32,000 bases of DNA, taken from NCBI RefSeq assembly GCF_964056675.1, contig NZ_OZ060371.1, forward strand, positions 518,528 through 550,527, read 5' to 3'. Below, piece after piece: positions 20,435 to 29,898 of the stretch; the first letter of the stretch is position 1; every line of letters begins with the position of its first letter. The notes under the pieces were generated by a model that worked only from the letters and a program-made list of their open reading frames with translations, was not told the origin of the DNA and made no database searches. Made by a program: the position numbers and the translations under genes. The stretch is from Buchnera aphidicola (Anoecia corni). Its GTDB lineage: Bacteria; Pseudomonadota; Gammaproteobacteria; Enterobacterales; Enterobacteriaceae.

Positions 20435-22363
20435 TCATAATACGTTTTCTTTAGGTAATTCATATAAACACCGACTTGGTTTATTACTTGTCATTCTACC
20501 ATATCTTTTTCTAAAATTACAAATTGTTAATACTAATGTTGATTTTACTCGAGTAAAACCAACATAAAATAACCTTCTTTTTTCTTCTATATTATACTGA
20601 TAAACACTTTGTATATTCTAGAGAATATCTTCTTCTATACCAACTATAAAAACATGTAAAAACTCTAATCCCTTAGAAGAACGTAACGTCATTAGTTGAA
20701 TATTTCCAATTCTATTATTGCTGTTATAATAATCTTCATTTCTACTCAATATTGCTATTTTTAATAACACGTCTTTTATTATTTTAGTGTTAATCTTTTC
20801 TATTCTTGACAAAATAATATTAATCCATGTTATAAACTTATTTACATTATAAATAGCTTTCTTTATTTTTTCAGAACTTTTAAATTTAGAAAAAATCTAT
20901 TTTTTATACTCTATCTCTAGTAAGAATGTTGAGAAAAATTTTTTAATGAATGTTGTTCTATACACTTATTTAATTTTCGAATACAAGTAAGAAAATTTTT
21001 TAATGATTTCAAACTTTTAGTACTCATGTTAATAGTTAAACGTTTATCGAAGTCACACTAAAAAGATTATTTTTTGTCTTATATGCATACTCTTCTATTT
21101 TTTTTATGGTTTCAGTACCAATATTTCTACCTATAATGTTAATAATCTGCAAAAATGCACTATTATTATTCATATTTATAATTAATCCTAAACATAAAAT
21201 AATAACTTTTACTTCTAAACAATTAAAAAATAATTTTTTCCAGAGATTACATATGAAATATTTTTTTTATGCAAGCTTTTTCTAAAATATGAGACTGATA
21301 ATTATTTATATACAAAATAGCACAATCTTTATAATTAAAAAAAGAACTTTTTAAGCTAATTTTGTGCGCTTCATCTAATACCGATTCTGATTCATCTTTT
21401 TCATTTCTTAATTTTATTATTTTAGTTTTTATTCCATGTTCTAAATTAGAAAATATGCATTTTTCATATATATTAATAGTATGAGAAATTACACTATTAG
21501 CAATTTTAATTATTCTTTTTACAGATCGGTAATTTTCTTCTAGCTTAATCACTTTAATAGAAGGAAAATCAGTTTTTAATCATGAAAATCTTTTTAAATT
21601 AGCTCCTCTCTATGAATAAATAGATTGATTATCATCACCTACTAAAGCAAAATTATTATTTTGTAATAAAAAAATTAATTTATACTGAATTAAGTTTATA
21701 TCTTGATATTCGTTAACTAAAAAATATTATATTTTTTTTCAGCTATTTCTTACTTTATTATTATTCTGTAATAAACGAGTAGGAACATATAAAAGATCAT
21801 TAAAATCCAATAAATTCGATTTTTTAAAAAAACTAACATATAAATGATAACATTCAGCAAATTTTTTTCTCTATTAGAGATAGCATAAAGCATAGCTTCT
21901 TTAGGATTAAAAAGATTATTCTTCTATTTAAAAATTTTATATTATAATAATTTTATTAGAACTTTATCAGAACTTAATAAGTTATAAGTAATTTTATGTA
22001 ACAAATTACTCTATTCTTTATCACTAATAACAAAAAAAACTTTGAAATATCTTTAAAATAGACAATTCATATTTTATATATATACATTCCAAAAGAATGA
22101 AAGGTTAAAATTTTTAAATCTTTAATATCTATATCTCTAACTCTTTTACTTATTCTATCTTGTATTTATTTTACTGCTTTATTAGTAAAAGTTAAAGCTA
22201 TAAGATTATCTGATTTAAAATTACTATATTTAATTAAACAAATAATTTTTTCTATTATAACTCGTATTTTCCTAGAACAAGATCCAGCGATAACAAAACA
22301 TAGCCCTGTTATAAAAGAAATAGAATATTTTTGATAATTATTAAGAAAAACCATAGTTCTCAT
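20435..22363 (-). pseudogene. rep: ATP-dependent DNA helicase Rep, multiply disrupted pseudogene
   Basis: Three track ORFs are fragments of one Rep-like gene in different frames. ORF 22166-22363 reads MRTM...FITGLCFVIAGSCSRKIRVI...ALTFTNKAVK, against Rep MRLN...FVTGPCLVLAGAGSGKTRVI...AVTFTNKAA. ORF 21247-21552 reads IKLEENYRSVKRIIKIAN...YKDCAILY, against IKLEQNYRSSGRILKAAN...YKDYAILY. ORF 20618-20812 reads LMTLRSSKGLEFLHVFIVGIEEDIL, against [23 protein letters not shown]. Hand translation also finds NEYQDIN (DEYQDTN), [13 protein letters not shown] with an in-frame TAG at 21610-21612 replacing the Trp of YSWRGA, EEKRRLFYVGFTR (motif VI) and ...ELPKENVL*. The Walker A GSGKT is degraded to SCSRK. 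Confidence 0.9.
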
Positions 22364-22515
22364 GTATGTAAAAAAGAAAAATAATTACTTGAATAAACTT
22401 TTTTTAAATAAAGTTAAAAACGATTAAAAAAATTTAAATAATAAATAATTTTAAATTTAAAAAAATGTTTATTCATATTTAATATAATTATTTTTTTTTA
22501 TTTAAAATATATCCT

Positions 22516-24000
22516 TTATTTTTTAATAACTAAACTAGAATGATTATTTTTATCTTTCATATAAATTCTTAATTTCCTTCCTATTAATTCAATAGGATGA
22601 TTATAAATCTGACTATTTAAATCATTTAGCTCAACGTTATCAACTATATTTTCTTTTATTAATTTATTTATTTTATTTATATTTAAATTCGACATAAAAC
22701 TTCTAAAAATTGGTAAAGCTTTTCTAGTAAATAAATAATTTCCATATTCAGCTGTATCAGATATTACTAAATTCATCTCATATAATCTTTTCCTAGAAAT
22801 TGTATTCGCAATTAAAGGAAGCTCATGTAGAGATTCATAATAAGCTGATTCTGCAGAAATACCAGATTCTAACATAACCTCAAAAGATAGTTCAATACCA
22901 GCTTTTAAAATAGCAACCATAACTATTCCATTATCGAAATACTCTTGATCTGAAAGAGAAATTTCTGATTTTTTTGCTTTTTCAAAATCACTATTTTTAT
23001 TTTCTTGACGTAAATCAATCAAATCTTTATTATTATTTTTCCAATCATTAATAACTTTTTCTGAAAATTTTCCAGAAATAATATCATCCATATGCTTATA
23101 ATATAAAGGAGAGAATATTTTCTTTAATTTATTAGATAATTTACAAGTTTCAATCTTAGCAGAACTAGATAATCTATCTAACATTAACCAAATTCCACCT
23201 TGTTTTAATGTTTCAGTAATTTTTTCCCAACCATTTTGAATTAAATTCACTGCATAATTTTTATGTACACCACTACTAATTAACTTTTCAAAAAAAGATA
23301 TAGAAGCACTCTGCAGCATACCACATAAAATTGTTTGTTCACCCATTAAATCTGACTTAACTTCAGCTATGAATGATGATTCTAAAACTCCTGCTCGATG
23401 AGATCCTATTGAAACAGACCATGCTTTTGCTGCATGTATTCCTTCTTTTTTTAAATCATTATTAGTGTGAACAGCTATTAAAGCTGGAACTCCAAATCCA
23501 CGTACAAACTCTGCTCTTACTTCAGTACCAGGACATTTTGGAGCTACCATAATAACTGTAACATCTTCTCTTATCTTTTCTCCAACTTCTACTATATTAA
23601 AACCATGAGAATAACCTAAAAAAGAACCTGATTTCATCATTGGCATTATTTTTTTTACTACTTTTGAATGTTCTCTATCTGGCGTTAAGTTAATAACTAC
23701 ATCAGCAAAAGGAATAATAGATTCATAATCTAAAGCTAAAAATTTATTTTTGATAGCATTTTTCCAAGAATTTCCTTTTTCTTCAATAGTTTTATTTCTA
23801 AGAGCAAAAGAAACATCCAATCCAGAATCTCTCATATTTAAACCTTGATTTAATCCTTGAGATCCACAACCAACTATTACTATTTTTTTATTTTTTAAAA
23901 AATCTACTCCATTTAAAAAATCGGATGAACTTAAAAGCTTACTTTTTTTTATTTCTATTAACTTTTCTCTAAAACATAACTTATTGAAATAATTAGGCAT
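22516..24000 (-). CDS. ilvC: Ketol-acid reductoisomerase (NADP+)
   Basis: 494 aa, the class II long form as in E. coli (491 aa). MPNYFN.L.FREKL, the Rossmann motif [23 protein letters not shown], and [10 protein letters not shown]...[12 protein letters not shown]...[12 protein letters not shown] are present. Confidence 0.96.
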   Translation of the reverse strand: MPNYFNKLCFREKLIEIKKSKLLSSSDFLNGVDFLKNKKIVIVGCGSQGLNQGLNMRDSGLDVSFALRNKTIEEKGNSWKNAIKNKFLALDYESIIPFADVVINLTPDREHSKVVKKIMPMMKSGSFLGYSHGFNIVEVGEKIREDVTVIMVAPKCPGTEVRAEFVRGFGVPALIAVHTNNDLKKEGIHAAKAWSVSIGSHRAGVLESSFIAEVKSDLMGEQTILCGMLQSASISFFEKLISSGVHKNYAVNLIQNGWEKITETLKQGGIWLMLDRLSSSAKIETCKLSNKLKKIFSPLYYKHMDDIISGKFSEKVINDWKNNNKDLIDLRQENKNSDFEKAKKSEISLSDQEYFDNGIVMVAILKAGIELSFEVMLESGISAESAYYESLHELPLIANTISRKRLYEMNLVISDTAEYGNYLFTRKALPIFRSFMSNLNINKINKLIKENIVDNVELNDLNSQIYNHPIELIGRKLRIYMKDKNNHSSLVIKK

Positions 24001-24144
24001 AGTTACTCCTCTTAATTTAATATTACTAACGTGAGATTTTATATACTTATATTTTAATACTGACTACTTTTATTTTTAAAACATCTATATAACAAAAAAA
24101 TATAAATCTAAAAAATATTCTTGTTTCCATCTAATAATGTTTAC

Positions 24145-25989
24145 TTATAATAACTTTCTATCTCTCACCGCTCCCATGTTAGCACTTGTAGCAAATTTAG
24201 CATATAATCTTAATGCAGTAGAAATTTTTCTAACTCTATCTCGAGGAGTGTAAGCTTTTTCTCTTCTATATTCTTCTAATTTTTTTCTTTTACTTACTTC
24301 TAATTTACTAATTATTAAATTTATTGAACGATTAGGAATATCTATTTTAATAGCATCGCCATCTCTTACTAAAGCTAAAAGACCTTTATTTGCAGCTTCA
24401 GGAGAAATATGTCCAATAGATAACCCTGAAGTTCCTCCAGAAAATCTACCATCAGTTATTAATGCGCAAAACTTATCCATACCTGTAGATTTTAAATAAG
24501 TAGTAGGATAAAGCATTTCTTGCATTCCAGGACCTCCTTTTGGCCCTTCATAACGAATAACAATTACATCTCCTTTTTTTATTTTAAGATGTAATATAGC
24601 ATCTACCGCTTCTTCTTGACTTTCATAAACTTTTGCTTTTCCAGAAAAAATATAGTTATCTTCTAAAACACCAGCGGTTTTTACCACACATCCATCTTTA
24701 GCTATATTTCCGTATAGAATAGCTAATCCTCCATCTTTACTATAAGCATTTTTACTAGATCGTATACATCCATTTTTTCTGTCTATATCTAACTGCTTCC
24801 ATCTACAATTTTGAGAAAATGCTTTTATAGTTTTCTCCCCCTTTGGTGCAGCTTTAAACATTTTCAATACTAATTTATGATTAGTTGACAAAATGTCGTA
24901 GATTTTCAGCGTATTTTTTAAAGTTAAACCTAAAATATTTTTTACATTAACATTAAGTAAATTGATTTTATGTAGTTCGTTTAATACTCCCATAACTCCG
25001 CCAGCTCTATGAAAATCTTCCATATGATATTTTTTACTACTCGGAGATATTTTACATAAATTAGGAACTTTTTTAGCTAAGTGATCAATGTCTTTCATGC
25101 TAAAATCGATGTTTCCTTCTTGAGCAATAGCTAACAAATGAAGTATAGTATTAGTAGAACCCCCCATAGCTATATCCATAATCATTGCATTATTTAACGC
25201 ATGTTTATTAGCAATCATTCTTGGTAAAACTGAAAAATCTTCATTCTCATAAAAAGACTTTGTTATTTTTACTATTCTTTTTGCCGATTTAATAAACAAT
25301 TTCTTTCTATCTATATGAGTTGCTAGAAGAGTCCCGTTCCCTGGAAGAGATAGTCCTATAGCTTCAACAAGACAATTCATGGAATTAGCTGTAAACATTC
25401 CCGAACAAGAACCACATGTAGGACATGCAATTTCTTCTATTTTTTTTGATATCTTTTTTGAATACTCATCTTGAACTCCTGATAAAATTGCATCTACTAA
25501 ATCTAAAGAGATTTTTTTGTTTTTTAAAAAAATCTTCCCTGATTCCATCGGACCTCCTGATATAAAAATAGAAGGAATATTTAACCTCATCGCAGCTAAT
25601 AACATACCAGGAGTTATTTTATCACAATTAGATATACATATCATAGCATCTGCACAATGAGCATTTATCATATATTCTACAGAATCCGCAATTAACTCTC
25701 TTGATGGTAAAGAATATAACATTCCTGAATGTCCCATTGCTATACCATCATCAACTGCTATAGTATTGAATTCTTTAGGTACTCCCCCTGTTTTTTTTAT
25801 TTCAGAAGATACGATTTTTCCTACATTCTGTAGATGAATATGCCCAGGAACAAATTCAGTAAAAGAATTTACAACAGCAATAATTGGTTTCTTAAAATCA
25901 TCATCATTCATTCCAGTAGCTCGCCATAAAGCTCGAGCGCCAGACATATTTTTACCTTTAGTAGTTGTATAAGATCGATATACTGGCAT
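24145..25989 (-). CDS. ilvD: Dihydroxy-acid dehydratase (Fe-S enzyme)
   Basis: 614 aa. [27 protein letters not shown]..., [54 protein letters not shown] and the C-terminal SANMGAVRD are collinear with E. coli IlvD (616 aa). Confidence 0.97.
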   Translation of the reverse strand: MPVYRSYTTTKGKNMSGARALWRATGMNDDDFKKPIIAVVNSFTEFVPGHIHLQNVGKIVSSEIKKTGGVPKEFNTIAVDDGIAMGHSGMLYSLPSRELIADSVEYMINAHCADAMICISNCDKITPGMLLAAMRLNIPSIFISGGPMESGKIFLKNKKISLDLVDAILSGVQDEYSKKISKKIEEIACPTCGSCSGMFTANSMNCLVEAIGLSLPGNGTLLATHIDRKKLFIKSAKRIVKITKSFYENEDFSVLPRMIANKHALNNAMIMDIAMGGSTNTILHLLAIAQEGNIDFSMKDIDHLAKKVPNLCKISPSSKKYHMEDFHRAGGVMGVLNELHKINLLNVNVKNILGLTLKNTLKIYDILSTNHKLVLKMFKAAPKGEKTIKAFSQNCRWKQLDIDRKNGCIRSSKNAYSKDGGLAILYGNIAKDGCVVKTAGVLEDNYIFSGKAKVYESQEEAVDAILHLKIKKGDVIVIRYEGPKGGPGMQEMLYPTTYLKSTGMDKFCALITDGRFSGGTSGLSIGHISPEAANKGLLALVRDGDAIKIDIPNRSINLIISKLEVSKRKKLEEYRREKAYTPRDRVRKISTALRLYAKFATSANMGAVRDRKLL

Positions 25990-26349
25990 ACTTTATAGTA
26001 CTCTTTTAGTTATAATTTATTTTAATTAAACGTAATTAATCTATTTTTAATTATTCTAATAATTACACTTTATATACTTAAAATTTTTCTTTTAAATATA
26101 TCTAATTAAAATTTAGTAAAAAACTAGAAAATTAAATTTTTATTCTTAAAAATATAAAAAATATTTTATTCTTATTTATTAAAACAAAAAATATATATGC
26201 TATATACTTTTACAATCATTAAATTTAATAAAAAAAGTAAAAAATTTCAACTAATATAAAACTACATTATCCATTTTATATGTGAATTATTTATTATATT
26301 TCTATTATTTTTATAATAATGAATTAATGCATGACACAATTTTATCTCA

Positions 26350-26422
26350 CAGGGATGGAGGGACTTGAACCCACAACTTTCGGTTTTGGAGACCGATGCT
26401 CTACCAATTGAACTACATCCCT
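26350..26422 (-). tRNA. trpT: tRNA-Trp (anticodon CCA)
   Basis: The reverse complement is AGGGATGTAGTTCAATTGGTAGAGCATCGGTCTCCAAAACCGAAAGTTGTGGGTTCAAGTCCCTCCATCCCTG. The anticodon loop is CTCCAAA and the sequence is close to E. coli trpT. There is one U:U mismatch at T-stem position 50-64, where E. coli has G:U. Confidence 0.93.
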
Positions 26423-26738
26423 AATATCATTAGTTTTGAATAAACTTGAAAGGAATTGTCAGATTTTTTACATAATCTTGGTACTATACTATAAAAAAAA
26501 TAATATTGTCTAATATTTTTTTTACTTTTATAGTTTATAACTGCGTAATTAATATAATCTTATATATATATTGTATACATATATATGTTATCTGTATTGT
26601 TTTCTATTCTACTTTAAATTATATTTTTAACTTTTGTATAACATTTAAAAAAAAATTTTAACTACTTTAAACTAGTTAAATAAATTTTTATAAAACTTAA
26701 TTTTTTTATTTTAATAATATTTATCATTCGAGGATAAA

Positions 26739-27947
26739 ATGAAATTACCAATTTATTTAGATTATGCAGCAACAACACCAGTAGATTTACAAGTGATAAA
26801 TACCATGAATAAATTTCTCTCTATATCAGGAAACTTTGGAAATCCAGCATCACGTTCTCATAAATTTGGATGGATTGCGGAAGAAGCAGTAGATATTGCT
26901 AGAAATCAAATTTCTGATCTCATTAAAGCAGATCCTAGAGAAATTATTTTTACTTCTGGAGCTACTGAATCAAATAATTTAGCTTTAAAAGGATTTTTAG
27001 ATTTTTATAAAAGTAAAAACCACATTATTACTAGTAAAACAGAACATAAATCTATTTTAGATACTTGTCAATATTTAGAAAAAAAAGGATTTGAAGTAAC
27101 GTATTTAACACCAAAAAAGACTGGTTTAATTGATTTAAATGAATTAGAAGATGCAATTTCTAATAAAACTGCATTAGTTTCTATCATGTATGTAAATAAT
27201 GAAATAGGAATAATACAAGACATATTTAAAATCAGTAATATTTGCAAAAAAAAAAATGTTATTTTACATGTAGATGCAACACAAGCAATTGGAAAAATTC
27301 CTATAAATTTAAAAAAAATGAAAATTGATTTAATGTCTTTTTCTGCCCACAAAATATATGGACCAAAAGGAATAGGAGCTTTATATGTAAGAAGAAAACC
27401 AAGAGTTCGTTTAATTTCTCAAATACATGGTGGAGGTCATGAACGAGGGATGCGATCCGGAACTCTTCCTGTTCACCAAATCGCAGGATTTGGATTAGCC
27501 TGTTTTTTAGCTGGAAAAAATTTAAAAAATGATAATATACACTGCACAAATTTAAGAAATCAACTTTGGAATGGAATAAAAAAAATTGAAGAAGTATATT
27601 TAAATACTGATTTAAAAAATAGTTCTCCTCATATTTTAAACGTTAGTTTTAACTATGTTGAAGGAGAATCTTTAATAATGGCTTTAAAAGATCTCGCTGT
27701 ATCCTCTGGATCTGCTTGTACTTCTTCTAGTTTAAAACCTTCTTATGTACTTCGTTCTATTGGCGTAAAAGATGAATTAGCTCATAGTTCTATTCGTTTT
27801 TCTATTGGGAGATATACTTCTAATAAAGAAATTGAGTACTCTCTCAATCTAATACACTTAGCTATAAGAAAACTACGAGTATTATCTCCTCTATGGGAAA
27901 TGTATAAAGAAGGAATAGATATTAATAAAGTACAGTGGAATACATAG
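26739..27947 (+). CDS. iscS: Cysteine desulfurase IscS
   Basis: 402 aa. [16 protein letters not shown], the PLP-lysine region [20 protein letters not shown], the active-site loop SSGSACTS, and the C-terminal [19 protein letters not shown] match IscS (E. coli 404 aa). A GAGGA lies 5-6 nt upstream of the ATG. Confidence 0.97.
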   Translation: MKLPIYLDYAATTPVDLQVINTMNKFLSISGNFGNPASRSHKFGWIAEEAVDIARNQISDLIKADPREIIFTSGATESNNLALKGFLDFYKSKNHIITSKTEHKSILDTCQYLEKKGFEVTYLTPKKTGLIDLNELEDAISNKTALVSIMYVNNEIGIIQDIFKISNICKKKNVILHVDATQAIGKIPINLKKMKIDLMSFSAHKIYGPKGIGALYVRRKPRVRLISQIHGGGHERGMRSGTLPVHQIAGFGLACFLAGKNLKNDNIHCTNLRNQLWNGIKKIEEVYLNTDLKNSSPHILNVSFNYVEGESLIMALKDLAVSSGSACTSSSLKPSYVLRSIGVKDELAHSSIRFSIGRYTSNKEIEYSLNLIHLAIRKLRVLSPLWEMYKEGIDINKVQWNT

Positions 27948-28017
27948 TATTTTTCTTATAAGAGTAATATAATTACATATTACTTGTTTTAAATTATTTA
28001 ACATGGTGATAATTATT

Positions 28018-28425
28018 ATGTCATATAGTAAAAAAGTTTTAGATCATTATGAAAATCCTAGAAATGTAGGATCTTTTACTAGCACTGATAAAAATGTTGG
28101 AACTAGTATTGTAGGAGCTCCTGCTTGTGGAGACGTAATGAAACTGCAAATAAAAGTTAATAATAAGGAAGTAATTGAAGATGCTTGTTTTAAAACATAC
28201 GGATGCGGATCTGCAATAGCATCAAGTTCTCTAGCTACAGAATGGATAAAAGGTAAATCAATTAATGAAGCAGAAAAAATTCATAATACTGATATAGTAA
28301 AAGAATTAGCATTACCTCCTGTAAAAATTCATTGTTCTGTTTTAGCTGAAGATGCCATTAAAAAAGCTATTTTAGACTATAAAAAAAAAAATTATAAAAG
28401 AAAAACTAAAAGCATTAAATATTAA
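28018..28425 (+). CDS. iscU: Fe-S cluster assembly scaffold IscU
   Basis: MSYSKKVLDHYENPRNVGSF...VGAPACGDVMKLQIKV...FKTYGCGSAIASSSL...LPPVKIHCSVLAEDAIKKAI matches E. coli IscU, including the three cluster-ligand Cys and the LPPVK HscA-binding motif. The start is taken at 28018 (MSYS, GGTGA upstream) rather than the track's 28003. There is a Lys-rich C-terminal extension encoded partly by an A11 run (28381-28391). Confidence 0.95.
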   Translation: MSYSKKVLDHYENPRNVGSFTSTDKNVGTSIVGAPACGDVMKLQIKVNNKEVIEDACFKTYGCGSAIASSSLATEWIKGKSINEAEKIHNTDIVKELALPPVKIHCSVLAEDAIKKAILDYKKKNYKRKTKSIKY

Positions 28426-28456
28426 CATTATTTGTAAAAAAAATATTTATAATGAA

Positions 28457-28486
28457 AACGCACTGAAACAATCGTTTTAGTGCGTT
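28457..28486 (+). other. Strong inverted repeat / predicted RNA hairpin in the iscU-hscB spacer (13-bp stem, 4-nt loop)
   Basis: The sequence is aacgcactgaaac-aatc-gttttagtgcgtt. Positions 28457-28469 pair with 28474-28486, with one G:U and 5 G:C pairs, which is unusually stable for this genome. It lies where iscA sits in E. coli. No U-tract follows on the + strand. Confidence 0.45.
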
Positions 28487-28567
28487 AAAAACTATCTGTT
28501 ATAAAAAAATAGAAATTTAATATAAATTAAAACTATAATCTTCACTATAAGTTGATAAGGTTATATA

Positions 28568-29059
28568 ATGAATTATTTTGTTTTATTTAACTTACCAGAA
28601 AAATTTGAAATAAATCTAAAAAATTTAACTAGACACTTTTATAAACTACAAAAACAGTTTCATCCTGACTTATCTATGAATAACTCTAAAAATACCAAAA
28701 AAAACTTTTTAAATAAATCTATGTGTATAAATGTAGGTTATAAAATTTTAAGAAACCCTATACAAAGATCTGAACACTTACTTTCAATTAATGGAATTAC
28801 TACTCTATCTTCAAAATATAAAAAAAAATATAATAATTTTTTAAAAATACAATTTTCTTTATATGAACAATTAGATAAAATTTTAAAAAAAAAAAATAAA
28901 CAAAAAATACACGATTTTTATGTAAAAATAAATAATTTTGAATTGGACAATATGCGTAAACTAAAAGTTTACTTAAATCAAAAGTTATGGAAAATAGCAA
29001 TATATACTACTTTAAAATTAAAATTTTTTGAAAATTTAAAAACAAAAATAAAACATTAG
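28568..29059 (+). CDS. hscB: Fe-S cluster co-chaperone HscB (J-domain protein)
   Basis: 163 aa. MNYFVLFNLPEKFEINLKNLTRHFYKLQKQFHPD matches E. coli HscB [34 protein letters not shown]. The HPD tripeptide is intact, and ILRNPIQRSEHLLSING matches TLRHPLMRAEYLLSLHG. It contains an in-frame A12 run at 28885-28896. Confidence 0.9.
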   Translation: MNYFVLFNLPEKFEINLKNLTRHFYKLQKQFHPDLSMNNSKNTKKNFLNKSMCINVGYKILRNPIQRSEHLLSINGITTLSSKYKKKYNNFLKIQFSLYEQLDKILKKKNKQKIHDFYVKINNFELDNMRKLKVYLNQKLWKIAIYTTLKLKFFENLKTKIKH

Positions 29060-29376
29060 TTTTCTTATAAAATTCACTCTTTTTTTTATGAAATATATAC
29101 AACTTTATTTAATTATTATTTATGTAGTATATAACATATTAAATAAAAAATTTTTAAAACAAATTATACTATCAAAGTAATGTATCTTTTTTATATATTT
29201 AAATAACTATTAATTATTAAATTAAACTTATGTTTAATTTTAAGATTTATATGATTAAATGTGATATTTAAATTATTTATTACAATATAATAACCAATGT
29301 TCATTAGTTAAAAAAAATATATATATTTTTATATTAGTACTTACTGTGTTCTTATTTTAAATTTTAAGAGTCTTCT

Positions 29377-29703
29377 ATGCCAAAAATAACATTTTTACCA
29401 CACCGAGAAATATTACCAAATGGAATAACTATAACAGCAAAAACCGGAGATACAATTTTAGAAGCAGCTTTAAAAAACAATATACAAATAGAACATACTT
29501 GCGAAAAGTCATGTGTTTGCACTACCTGCCATTGCATCATAAAAAAAGGATTTAATTCTCTTTCAAAGATACAAGAAGATGAGGATGATATACTAGGACA
29601 AGCTGCAGGTTTAGAAGAACATAGTCGATTAAGTTGTCAAGCAAAAATTGGAAATAAAAATATAGAAATTGAAATACCATATAACACTTTAAGAATCAAA
29701 TAA
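29377..29703 (+). CDS. fdx: [2Fe-2S] ferredoxin of the ISC system
   Basis: 108 aa. MPKITFLPH...GDTILEAALKNNIQIEHTCEKSCVCTTCHCIIKKGF...EDEDDIL...SRLSCQAKI matches E. coli Fdx (MPKIVILPH...[24 protein letters not shown]...SRLSCQARV). All four cluster Cys are present. Confidence 0.95.
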   Translation: MPKITFLPHREILPNGITITAKTGDTILEAALKNNIQIEHTCEKSCVCTTCHCIIKKGFNSLSKIQEDEDDILGQAAGLEEHSRLSCQAKIGNKNIEIEIPYNTLRIK

Positions 29704-29817
29704 TCAAACATTTATTTATATTTAATTTATAAAAAATATTTATACAATCATTAAAAATTAAATTATACTAAAGTAATTCATTTTAGTGTAATACGACACT
29801 TGCTAAAATTATTAAAT

Positions 29818-29841
29818 GCGAGTAATTAATAAATTACTCGC
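29818..29841. terminator. Perfect 10-bp hairpin between the convergent genes fdx and der (candidate bidirectional terminator or RNA-stability element)
   Basis: The sequence is gcgagtaatt-aata-aattactcgc, read directly from the window. It lies midway in the 195-bp convergent spacer. Its flanks are A/T-rich but neither side is a clean U-tract, so terminator function is uncertain. Confidence 0.3.
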
Positions 29842-29898
29842 TAAATAAAATCAATTTACATTTCATAATAACTAAAATATAATATTTTATATTTAAAA

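Noticed and set aside
20618-22363. Track ORFs 20618-20812, 21247-21552 and 22166-22363 considered as three small independent genes
   Set aside because: Each aligns to consecutive segments of a single Rep helicase. The sequence between them still encodes Rep motifs interrupted by stops and frameshifts, so they are fragments of one pseudogene.
27068-27549. Two overlapping minus-strand ORFs (94 aa and 82 aa) inside iscS
   Set aside because: Both are antisense to the conserved IscS frame, so they are shadow ORFs.
28800-29000. 66-aa minus-strand ORF inside hscB
   Set aside because: It is antisense to hscB, low-complexity, and has no SD.
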